Source: Acidobacteriota bacterium (lineage in GTDB: Bacteria; Acidobacteriota; Vicinamibacteria; Vicinamibacterales; CAVVIG01). From it: a DNA stretch of 30,173 bases. The stretch spans positions 1-30,173 of the forward strand of contig JBEQUD010000285.1 in the NCBI GenBank assembly GCA_040349235.1, in the 5' to 3' direction. The notes beneath the pieces were generated by a model that saw only the letters and a list, made by a program, of their open reading frames with translations, was not told where the DNA came from and did no database searches. Shown here piece by piece: positions 9,319-16,714 of the stretch (positions are counted from its first letter, which is position 1; each line of letters starts with the position of its first letter). Made by a program: the position numbers and the translations under genes.

Positions 9319-12019
9319 GATACAGGCCCTTGCGTGAGATGCCCAGCGCCCGTGCCGCGGCGTCCACCCGGCCGTGGTGTTCTCGAAGGGCGACCTTGAT
9401 CATCTCGCGCTCGACCTGCGCGAGCGTGGTGTTGAGCTTGTTCGTCAGGCCAACCGCGATCTCGCGCCCGCCCGCGGGCGGTGTGGATGGGGTGCTGACC
9501 TCACGCGCCCGTCCGATGTCCGGAGACAGCAGACTCGTCGCGAGGACCGAGTGCGACTCGGCGATCGCGACGATCCGTCGGATCTCATTCTGGAGCTGCC
9601 GGACGTTGCCGGGCCATTCGTAGAGGACAAGCCGCTCCATCGCCTCCTCCGAGATGCGGACGTGCGTCTTCCTGAATTCCTCGGAGGCTCGCATCAGGAA
9701 GTTGCTCACGAGCGTCGGGATTTCGTCCCGCCGCTCGCGCAAGGGCCGCAGGGAGAGCCGGACGATGTTGAGCCGATAGAAAAGGTCTTCGCGGAAGCGT
9801 CCCTCTTTGACGAGGGCCTCGAGCTTCGAGTTGGTCGCCGCGACAATCCGCACGTCCACGACGAACGGCGCAGACTCGCCAAGCGGGCAGATCTCGCCGG
9901 ACTCCAGGAAGCGGAGCAGCTTGGGCTGCAACTCCAGGCTCAGTTCCCCGACTTCGTCGAGGAACAGCGTGCCATCCCGAGCGCTACGGATTACGCCAGG
10001 ATTGTCCCGATCCGCACCTGTGAAGGCCCCGCGGCGGTGACCGAACAACTGGCTCTCGAGCATCTCCCGTGGGATAGCCGCGCAGTTGAAGGGGACGAAG
10101 GGATGCTTGGCGCGACTCGAGTGTGTGTGGATGGCGCGCGCGACGACCTCCTTGCCCGTTCCGCTCTCGCCGGTGATGAGCACGCCGATGTTCGCGTGGG
10201 CGATCTTCTTCGCAAAGGTGATGACCTCGCGCATGTGACCGACCGTTACCGCGCCATCGCCGTCCGCCGGCAACTCGTCGATCGGCCAGAGCGTCGCGCG
10301 CTCCTCCCGCTCGGCCCGCGCGCATTCGAGGTCCCGCAGTGTCGCGACGATGAGGCCGATGGCGTTGACGGTTGCAATGGACTCGAGATCGTCTTTGGGT
10401 GTGAGCACGAGACTGACGTCTCGCTCCCCAGCCTTGCCGATCGCGACCCGCCGTCCGCCGCGCCGGCACCGTCGCTCGGGCTCCCCCGTTTCCGCCAGCG
10501 TCTCGACAACGCCATCGGTGCCGCGTGCCTCCGCTGCCGCGTGCCACACACTGCCTGTCTTGCCGAGCAGGTCGATCAACTCGGTCGCGATGAGGATGGG
10601 CCGACCAACATGGAGCGTGAGGGATGCCACGCTGTGCAGAGCGCTTGAGGGCGATAGGAATTGCTCGTCCGAATCTATCTCTGCGTTTGGGGAATTGGAA
10701 CACGCTCTTTCCCAAGCGTTCGCAAGCTCGAGCGCTCCGGCGTGATGCTGAAGGTCGCCAAAGATTCTTGCCGAGCGCCGGCGGTGGCAATCACCGGCGC
10801 CCATTTGGCCGGCTCGAACTGTCGCGCAGGCGAGAACTCGTTCATAGTGCGCAGAGAAATCTGGTGGCTGTTGAGGAATGGATAGCATGAGGTCTCGAAG
10901 AATCGAGCCACACTCATCCAATCGGCCGGCCTCCTGCAGGAAGTCCGCCTTCGATAGCGAGGCGATATTGCCGAAGAACTCGTCTTTTGCGCGCGTCGCG
11001 AGGCCGATCACAAATTCGATCTGACGGAGAGCTCCATCAATGTCGCCTTGTCGAGCCAATAAGACCGCGCGGGTCATCTGGGCGTGCCGGTATACGAACC
11101 TAGCCTGATCACCGCTCTCGCGCGCCTCCGACTCAATTTCATCAAGAACCCTAGCGCAGTTAGCGATGTGATCTTGTGCAAGATGAATACGAGCCAGAGT
11201 GTCAAGGCACCCTACCCAGGTATCCGATCCCCTCCTCGTTGTTCTTGCGCGCGTCAAGAAATCGTAGGCCTCGTCAAACCTTCCGGCAAGGTAGGCTAAG
11301 TGGCCGAGATTGCCAAGGGCACTCTCTCGAATGCTGGAAGCCCCGGCGTCCTCGGCGATGTCAAGCGACGTGCGCGCGTGCGTATTGGCTGCGACGAAGT
11401 TGGAGCACATTGTCTCGACCGCGCACGCCACATTCTCCACTAACGCCTCTAGCCAACGGTTTCCTGAGGAGGCCAGCCCGCGCCTTCCCATTTCCAGGTG
11501 GCGACGTGCGTTTCTCAGCAAACCCCGCTTGGCCTCTGTCTCCGAGACGTGGATATGAAGAGCGGCGACAATTCCAGAATTGCCGGTGTTCATAACGCGT
11601 GAGCGAAGTTCTGCCAGCATCGAGGCGATCGAATCCGGGCCAGAACGGTCGGAAAGGACGAGCAGGAGTCTCAACTGGGCCCAGCAAGCACGCTCTTGAT
11701 CATTGCCCTCAAGCGCAAGCGTCACCGCTCGCTGGAGTTGCGCGGTTGCAATTGCTGAATGGCCGTGCTCAATATTCACTCGGGCCAGCACGAGTTCACA
11801 GGAACTGCGCTCGGAGGGACTTAGGCCCTTCCCACGCAGCAGCGATTCCGCAAGCGCTGAACTCTTCTCGTATTGGCCTAGTCGTTCGAGTAGTTCTGCC
11901 CGTAGAACATCCGTCGATCGGCGGACGACGCCGATTGAGGCTGTATCTCGAAGAATTGCCAGCGCTTCTCTGAAGCGTCCCGCGTCGCGTAAGGCCTTGG
12001 CCTCATCCATGTGCACCAT
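9293..12019 (-). CDS. Sigma54-dependent activator (bEBP): TPR-like N-terminus + AAA+ + Fis HTH, no receiver domain
   Basis: Walker A GESGTGKE, FGHRRGAFTGA, Walker B LFLDEVGE, REDLFYRL, WPGNVRQLQN, C-terminal AAARALGISRKGLY; helical Ala/Leu repeats in the N-terminal ~470 aa. Start uncertain (TTG 12106, ATG 12019 or ATG 12010). Confidence 0.93.
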   Translation of the reverse strand: MVHMDEAKALRDAGRFREALAILRDTASIGVVRRSTDVLRAELLERLGQYEKSSALAESLLRGKGLSPSERSSCELVLARVNIEHGHSAIATAQLQRAVTLALEGNDQERACWAQLRLLLVLSDRSGPDSIASMLAELRSRVMNTGNSGIVAALHIHVSETEAKRGLLRNARRHLEMGRRGLASSGNRWLEALVENVACAVETMCSNFVAANTHARTSLDIAEDAGASSIRESALGNLGHLAYLAGRFDEAYDFLTRARTTRRGSDTWVGCLDTLARIHLAQDHIANCARVLDEIESEARESGDQARFVYRHAQMTRAVLLARQGDIDGALRQIEFVIGLATRAKDEFFGNIASLSKADFLQEAGRLDECGSILRDLMLSIPQQPPDFSAHYERVLACATVRAGQMGAGDCHRRRSARIFGDLQHHAGALELANAWERACSNSPNAEIDSDEQFLSPSSALHSVASLTLHVGRPILIATELIDLLGKTGSVWHAAAEARGTDGVVETLAETGEPERRCRRGGRRVAIGKAGERDVSLVLTPKDDLESIATVNAIGLIVATLRDLECARAEREERATLWPIDELPADGDGAVTVGHMREVITFAKKIAHANIGVLITGESGTGKEVVARAIHTHSSRAKHPFVPFNCAAIPREMLESQLFGHRRGAFTGADRDNPGVIRSARDGTLFLDEVGELSLELQPKLLRFLESGEICPLGESAPFVVDVRIVAATNSKLEALVKEGRFREDLFYRLNIVRLSLRPLRERRDEIPTLVSNFLMRASEEFRKTHVRISEEAMERLVLYEWPGNVRQLQNEIRRIVAIAESHSVLATSLLSPDIGRAREVSTPSTPPAGGREIAVGLTNKLNTTLAQVEREMIKVALREHHGRVDAAARALGISRKGLYLKRHRLGL

Positions 12020-12109
12020 TGCGTCGCTCGTTTCATGTGGGGTGAGAGCCAAACTCTTCCATATTCCGTAGCTGTTTTGGAAGTGATAATGGATGAGCCT
12101 CGACAAGAA

Positions 12110-12129
12110 GCGTGCAAATTGTGGGTGAC
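12110..12129. promoter_or_regulatory. Candidate operator GCGTGCAAATT-N3-GGTG (copy 1)
   Basis: 15/18 identical to 16530-16547; resembles the NtrC box TGCAC-N7-GTGCA. Confidence 0.45.
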
Positions 12130-12209
12130 CGAGAAGGCTGTGCCTGTCCCCCTCTCGGATCGCAACGCCCTCCGACGCCAGGGCAGGCCATGGCGTGGCC
12201 AGGCCGCGT

Positions 12210-14198
12210 CTAGCCCTCTTGGCGACGAACCACTACTGACCTGGCGGCGAACGGCACGGTGTCTAGTGCGCCGGCCACGATCTGTGTCTGGCAGATGTCA
12301 CCAAAACTATCCCACAGGGAATCATGGCCGCGCGCTATTGCTTCGAGCGCCCGTCGGTCGCCGTCGCTAAACCCATTCTCAGAGGCTGTGTAGAGGGTAA
12401 TCACTCCGAGGAATCGTTTGCTGCTGGTGAGCGGGGTGCTCAGGCACGCTTGGAGGCCGCGGTCTAATGCAATGTCTCCAAGGTCGAGGGCTGCCGCCGA
12501 ATTAAGGATGGTCTGGTTGTTCACGGCTACCCAACCACTCAGGCGCTGTCCCAGAGGTATTCTCAAGGTATCCAGGTCTGCCGCGCCGGCGCCGAACGCC
12601 GCCGCAACTTCTAGCTCGTCGATAGCTCGGTTGTTGATGAAAAGCACACCCAGTGAAAAATCAATCGACGCGCTCGTCAGCGCGCGCAAACGTTCTGTTG
12701 CGTCGAAATGAGACTGAAGCGCCAAAGAGTCTGGCATCGTGCCGTCGCTGCGCTTGCTCTCCTCCGGCAACCGGTGCGGAGCTTGAAAACTCGCCTGGGT
12801 GGCCGCGACGATCTCTCGAAGTGCGTGTCTAGGAGGCCCAAGCGATGTCTCTTTGGGCGCAATGTCCCTGTAGACCCTGGCGAAAGTATCCACGACTAGG
12901 GGATCGTACATTGATCCCCGTCTCTCCTGCAGGATGGCCAGTGCCGCCTCGTCGGAGAGGCGAGGACGATATGGTCTGTCTGATGTCAATGCATCGAAGC
13001 AATCGACAACCGAGAGAATCCTGGCGCCAATGGGGATGTTGGTTCCGCAAAGTCCCTCAGGATATCCGGTGCCATTCCAGCTTTCGTGGTGACACCTAAC
13101 GATGGGAACGACTGGATACGGAAAGTCGATCGCTCCGAGGATATCGGCGCCGATTGTTACGTGCAACTTCATTTTTTCAAACTCGACCGGCGTGAGCTTG
13201 CCCGGCTTGTTCAGGATGTACTCGGGTACAGCCAGCTTGCCCATGTCATGAAGCAAGGCGGCCGCCTCGATCGCCTTGATGAGCTTTTCATCGCTTACGC
13301 CAAGCTCCTTTGCGAGCCCGACCGCGTAAGCCTGCACCCGTCTAATGTGCCCGTGGGTGATCTGATCTTTGGCGTCTATCGCCATTGCCAGTGTTTCGAT
13401 CGTCGAGAGATACAGTGTGTTCAATTGCCCAACGTGTCTGTAGGCGTCCTCCACTCGTTCCATTGATGTCTTGAACGTGAAATAGAGCACAAGTAAGAGA
13501 GGCACCACGATCCCAACAAACCGCAAGTCGATGGTTCTGTTGTAGCCCACAAGGAGTACGGCGACTGACGCGCCGCAAAAGTAGTTGAGGGAAAGCCACA
13601 CGAACCCGTCACGCCAGACGTCAAGGACGTTTGCTCGTCGGTGGATGGCAATGCGCACAGCGATTAGTCCACTGTTGAGGCCGAAGTATGTAACTGCGAA
13701 CAGAACTAGAGACGGTAGGATCTGGTTCAGTGAGGCGGGCTGTTCGGACAGCGGCGCAATCCCGGAGGCCTTAAAGAATAGTTGCGCGGAGCACCAGGCT
13801 GACAATGCGGGCGCCGCTATATTGAACAGCACTCGCTCCACTTCCGGACGCCGTTTGGCTAGCCAGAAGGAGATAACCAGGCCGTCAAGGGCGACAGTGA
13901 GCGTTCCGGCTGATGGCCCGTATAGAAGGACGGCCGCGAAGACGAAGGCTTCGGAGATTGAGATGGTTACGTTCGTTCGAGGCAGTTCGACGCCGGCTGA
14001 GCCGCTGATCAGCGTCAGAAGACCAAGAAGCAACCATTGGGCGCCAATAGGTACGCGGTAAAGATGAACAAGGGATTCCCCGATCGCGAGGAATCCCATG
14101 AGGATCACGAGGAATACGAATGTCCTGCCGAGGCGAGACAAGGGTGAGCCAGTGGATGCCGTGGGCCAAGCAGTTATCGGTTGTTTAGTCCCAAACAA
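12210..14198 (-). CDS. HD-GYP cyclic dinucleotide phosphodiesterase with ~7-TM N-terminal sensor and C-terminal GAF
   Basis: DAKDQITHGH, LLHDMGK, HHESWNGTGYP, VDCFDALTSDRPYR all intact; hydrophobic N-terminal ~240 aa; GAF-like GLSGW-type segment (QRLSGWVAVN) and STPL...GVITLY...FSDGD. Start uncertain (TTG 14198). Confidence 0.92.
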   Translation of the reverse strand: MFGTKQPITAWPTASTGSPLSRLGRTFVFLVILMGFLAIGESLVHLYRVPIGAQWLLLGLLTLISGSAGVELPRTNVTISISEAFVFAAVLLYGPSAGTLTVALDGLVISFWLAKRRPEVERVLFNIAAPALSAWCSAQLFFKASGIAPLSEQPASLNQILPSLVLFAVTYFGLNSGLIAVRIAIHRRANVLDVWRDGFVWLSLNYFCGASVAVLLVGYNRTIDLRFVGIVVPLLLVLYFTFKTSMERVEDAYRHVGQLNTLYLSTIETLAMAIDAKDQITHGHIRRVQAYAVGLAKELGVSDEKLIKAIEAAALLHDMGKLAVPEYILNKPGKLTPVEFEKMKLHVTIGADILGAIDFPYPVVPIVRCHHESWNGTGYPEGLCGTNIPIGARILSVVDCFDALTSDRPYRPRLSDEAALAILQERRGSMYDPLVVDTFARVYRDIAPKETSLGPPRHALREIVAATQASFQAPHRLPEESKRSDGTMPDSLALQSHFDATERLRALTSASIDFSLGVLFINNRAIDELEVAAAFGAGAADLDTLRIPLGQRLSGWVAVNNQTILNSAAALDLGDIALDRGLQACLSTPLTSSKRFLGVITLYTASENGFSDGDRRALEAIARGHDSLWDSFGDICQTQIVAGALDTVPFAARSVVVRRQEG

Positions 14199-14211
14199 TT
14201 ATTGGCTTCAT
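14185..14211 (-). CDS. Putative micro-ORF MKPIIVWD
   Basis: ATG AAG CCA ATA ATT GTT TGG GAC TAA preceded by GAGAG; IVW-D resembles the adjacent SIVWS(G/D) repeats. Translation unproven. Confidence 0.3.
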   Translation of the reverse strand: MKPIIVWD

Positions 14212-14254
14212 GCGCTCTCGTCAACCCTCGGGTTTCGGGCGGCCACTCAGGAGC

Positions 14255-16324
14255 CTAGTCGAGTGTAGCGCCTGACCAAACAATGGATTGTCCGGTTGCG
14301 TCTGACCAAACGATGGACTGGCCTGTCGAGCCTGACCAGACAATGGATTGATTTGTCGCGTCGGACCAAACGATGGAGTCTGACCAAACAATTGATCCAG
14401 ACCACACGATAGACTTTGCATCGAGCATCTGGCTCGACCACTGGATGGGTTCATTTGAGCCCGACCACACGATTGAGTTTGCGCCGGGCGCTGCCCCAGA
14501 CCACACAATTGATCCCGACCAGACGATCGATCCCGACCAGACGATCGATCCCGACCAGACGATTGAATGTGGCGAGAGCCGTGAGCCCGACCAGACGATC
14601 GAGTCAGACCACACGATTGAATCAGGTCTCACTCTCGCCCCGGACCAGACGATCGAGACCGTACGGACGAGACTTCCGGACCAGACTATTGAATTCCCCA
14701 GTAAGAGCCGTTGGCCTCCTGGAGTGTTTCTTGCCAAGATTCCGCTGCCCACCGCCCTTTCTCCAGCGATCTGCGTCGCTGGCAACACTCCGTTAAGGCC
14801 GACTTCGATGAAGTCTGCAGCGGCGAGCACGTTCAGACTTCCAGAGCCACCATCAAGAATCCCGACCGCTGGCGAGAACGAGCTGGTGAGCTGCAGGATC
14901 GTCTTCGTTTCCCCCGGCTGTAGTCCGCCTCTTTCGTCCAGTAGTAACGCGGCGGCGCCGCTGACCACCGCCGCGGCCATGCTCGTGCCCGAGAGCTGCA
15001 TGTAGGCGTTGGCCCCGGTGCCGCTGACGTGCCGCTGCGGATAGTTCGTGCTGAGGTACGAGTTCGCGGATTCGGCCCCGTGGATGTGGGCGCCGGGCGC
15101 CGCGAGGTCCGGCTTCAGGACGCGATCGTAGGCGGTTGGGCCGCGCGAGCTCCAGGGGGCCACGGTGTCGTCCGAGCGCTGGGGTGTGTCGTGCGTGTCG
15201 AGGGCGCCGACCGTCAGGGCGTAGGGACTGTTGCCAGGGGACGTGATGCCGCCGATGACGTTCTTGCCGTCCGCGGTCTGGCCGAAATTGCCGGCCGCCG
15301 CGACGACGAGGATTCCGGCGCGCGTCGCCCGTTCGACGGCCTCGCACAGCGGGTCGTCGCGGAACGGCTGCAGGACGGGGGCGCCGAGCGACAGATTGAT
15401 GATGCGGATGTTGAACTGGCCGCGGTGGCGGATGGCCCAGTCGATGGCCTCGACGACGTCGCTTGCATTGCCGGAGCCGTCGGCGCCGAGGGCGCGCAGG
15501 TTGATCAGCCTGGCGCCGTACGCGATGCCGCGGTAGCTGGCCGCGGAGTTGCGCGAGAGACCGGCGATGATCGAGGCAACGTGGGTGCCGTGCCCGTAGC
15601 GGTCCTGGCCGTTGCCGCCGGTGAAGTCCACGGATGCCACGACGCGGTTGCGGAGCGCCGCGTGCGTCGTATCAATCCCGGAATCGATGACGGCGACGCC
15701 GACGCCGTTGCCCGAGAGCGGGTCGAGTGCGCCGGCGCCAGCCCATACCTGATCGGCGCCAATCGACTCCGCGGTGACGTCCGCGAGGGACTGCACGCGG
15801 CTGTCGCTCGAAAGGTGATCGATGGCGTCGTCCTGTTGCAGGGCGTCGAGCTGGCCGGAATTGACGCGGACGACCGCGCCGCTCTCCAACTTTCGCTTGA
15901 TGACAAGGTTGTACTTCCGGGCGATGCCGGTCACTTCCTGGTCGCTGCCGTGGACGATGACGTTGATGTCCTGTCCGCCTCGGTTCAGGCGGTCTGCCAG
16001 GTCCGAACTGAGTCGTGCGCGGTGCTGGGCAGCGGCGGGTCTGATGCAGAGCGCGAGTAATAGGACGGCCGTGCCGGCTGTGCGGGCTTGTTGCCGCCAC
16101 GCCGAGACTGGGGCTGGGGCGGGATCCCGCAATTCCACGATCGACTCGAGCAGCACGCGCTTGGATGCACCAAACGTTCGCACCGTCCGGAGGCGGCCCT
16201 CGCTGATCCTGCTGTACACCGTTCGGCGCGACACGCCGAGCAGCGCCGCCGCTTGGTCGATGGAAACGCTGCGACCGACGAGCACGTCGTGAGTCGGACG
16301 AGAGAAGTCCTGAGACAGGGGCAT
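14255..16324 (-). CDS. S8 subtilase with N-terminal HTH_17 domain, internal signal peptide, prodomain and C-terminal SIVWS repeat tail, 689 aa
   Basis: Catalytic triad VAVIDSGID, HGTHVA, GTSMAAA; oxyanion AAGN; GGAGG RBS before ATG 16324. Confidence 0.94.
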   Translation of the reverse strand: MPLSQDFSRPTHDVLVGRSVSIDQAAALLGVSRRTVYSRISEGRLRTVRTFGASKRVLLESIVELRDPAPAPVSAWRQQARTAGTAVLLLALCIRPAAAQHRARLSSDLADRLNRGGQDINVIVHGSDQEVTGIARKYNLVIKRKLESGAVVRVNSGQLDALQQDDAIDHLSSDSRVQSLADVTAESIGADQVWAGAGALDPLSGNGVGVAVIDSGIDTTHAALRNRVVASVDFTGGNGQDRYGHGTHVASIIAGLSRNSAASYRGIAYGARLINLRALGADGSGNASDVVEAIDWAIRHRGQFNIRIINLSLGAPVLQPFRDDPLCEAVERATRAGILVVAAAGNFGQTADGKNVIGGITSPGNSPYALTVGALDTHDTPQRSDDTVAPWSSRGPTAYDRVLKPDLAAPGAHIHGAESANSYLSTNYPQRHVSGTGANAYMQLSGTSMAAAVVSGAAALLLDERGGLQPGETKTILQLTSSFSPAVGILDGGSGSLNVLAAADFIEVGLNGVLPATQIAGERAVGSGILARNTPGGQRLLLGNSIVWSGSLVRTVSIVWSGARVRPDSIVWSDSIVWSGSRLSPHSIVWSGSIVWSGSIVWSGSIVWSGAAPGANSIVWSGSNEPIQWSSQMLDAKSIVWSGSIVWSDSIVWSDATNQSIVWSGSTGQSIVWSDATGQSIVWSGATLD
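14270..14692 (-). repeat. Intragenic repeat: 15 x SIVWS(G/D) plus one PIQWSS variant
   Basis: Counted from manual translation: 11 end in G and 4 in D; codons vary between copies; 18-nt tandem array at 14513-14566. Confidence 0.97.
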
Positions 16325-16353
16325 CGTGAAGTCCTCCGGTTTCCGTGTGTAAA

Positions 16354-16369
16354 CGCACGCCCGATACCA
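16354..16369 (-). promoter_or_regulatory. Candidate sigma54 promoter for the subtilase gene
   Basis: TGGTATcgggcGTGCG has GG-N10-GC spacing; implied +1 near 16343, about 19 nt before the ATG, with GGAGG in between. Weaker match than the 9040 site. Confidence 0.5.
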
Positions 16370-16405
16370 CACGGCGCACCCGGCAGGCGTTCGCTGTTTG
16401 TCTGC

Positions 16406-16420
16406 TGTAAGTCGCTTACA
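16406..16420. promoter_or_regulatory. Palindrome TGTAAG-N3-CTTACA
   Basis: Perfect 6-bp inverted repeat upstream of the subtilase promoter candidate. Confidence 0.45.
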
Positions 16421-16529
16421 TCCAGTTGTTTAGCTCTAGGGACTCAGCCGCGGCGCATCTCGAGAGACGGCACGATTCGGCCAAGAAACTGTCCAGTTGG
16501 CACGGTCTCTCGCGGTGGCTCGCTATTTT

Positions 16530-16549
16530 GCGTGCAAATTTCAGGTGCT
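16530..16549. promoter_or_regulatory. Candidate operator/enhancer GCGTGCAAATT-N3-GGTG (copy 2)
   Basis: TGCAaatttcaGGTGCt resembles the NtrC consensus; about 190 bp upstream of the implied +1. Confidence 0.45.
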
Positions 16550-16714
16550 CGGCTGGACGGTATGGGAATTTTGCCGGTCAAGAAACTAGCCACCAGGCCA
16601 GGAATCAGACAGACAGAAGAGGATAGAGGGCGTCACTATGCGCACCGGTACGCAACGCACGCCGGGGGGCGCGTCGCCGTGGCCCGAGGCCCCCTAACGT
16701 ACAATGCCGCGCAC

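Noticed and set aside
12130-12146. AGGCACAGC as a sigma54 promoter for the activator gene
   Set aside because: The -24 half matches but there is no GC at the required N10 spacing
14270-14692. Possible CRISPR array
   Set aside because: Units are ~18 nt, degenerate at third codon positions, in frame within a CDS, spacers are irregular, and no cas genes are present
14373-15005. Plus-strand ORF with DQTI/DHTI repeats
   Set aside because: It is the reverse-complement image of the SIVWS repeats; conservation is explained by the minus-strand protein
16468-16513. Plus-strand GGCACG sites as sigma54 promoters for the DapA-family gene
   Set aside because: Spacing is GG-N11-GC or lacks GC; a TACAAT box near the start explains expression better
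8907-16700. Integrative element or prophage suggested by excisionase-like HTHs and low GC
   Set aside because: No integrase, tRNA, terminal repeats or phage genes seen; the GC breakpoints fall inside genes rather than at the locus edges
16088-16714. N-terminal extension of the DapA-family ORF
   Set aside because: Overlaps the divergent protease gene and its promoter region; family similarity begins at ATG 16715
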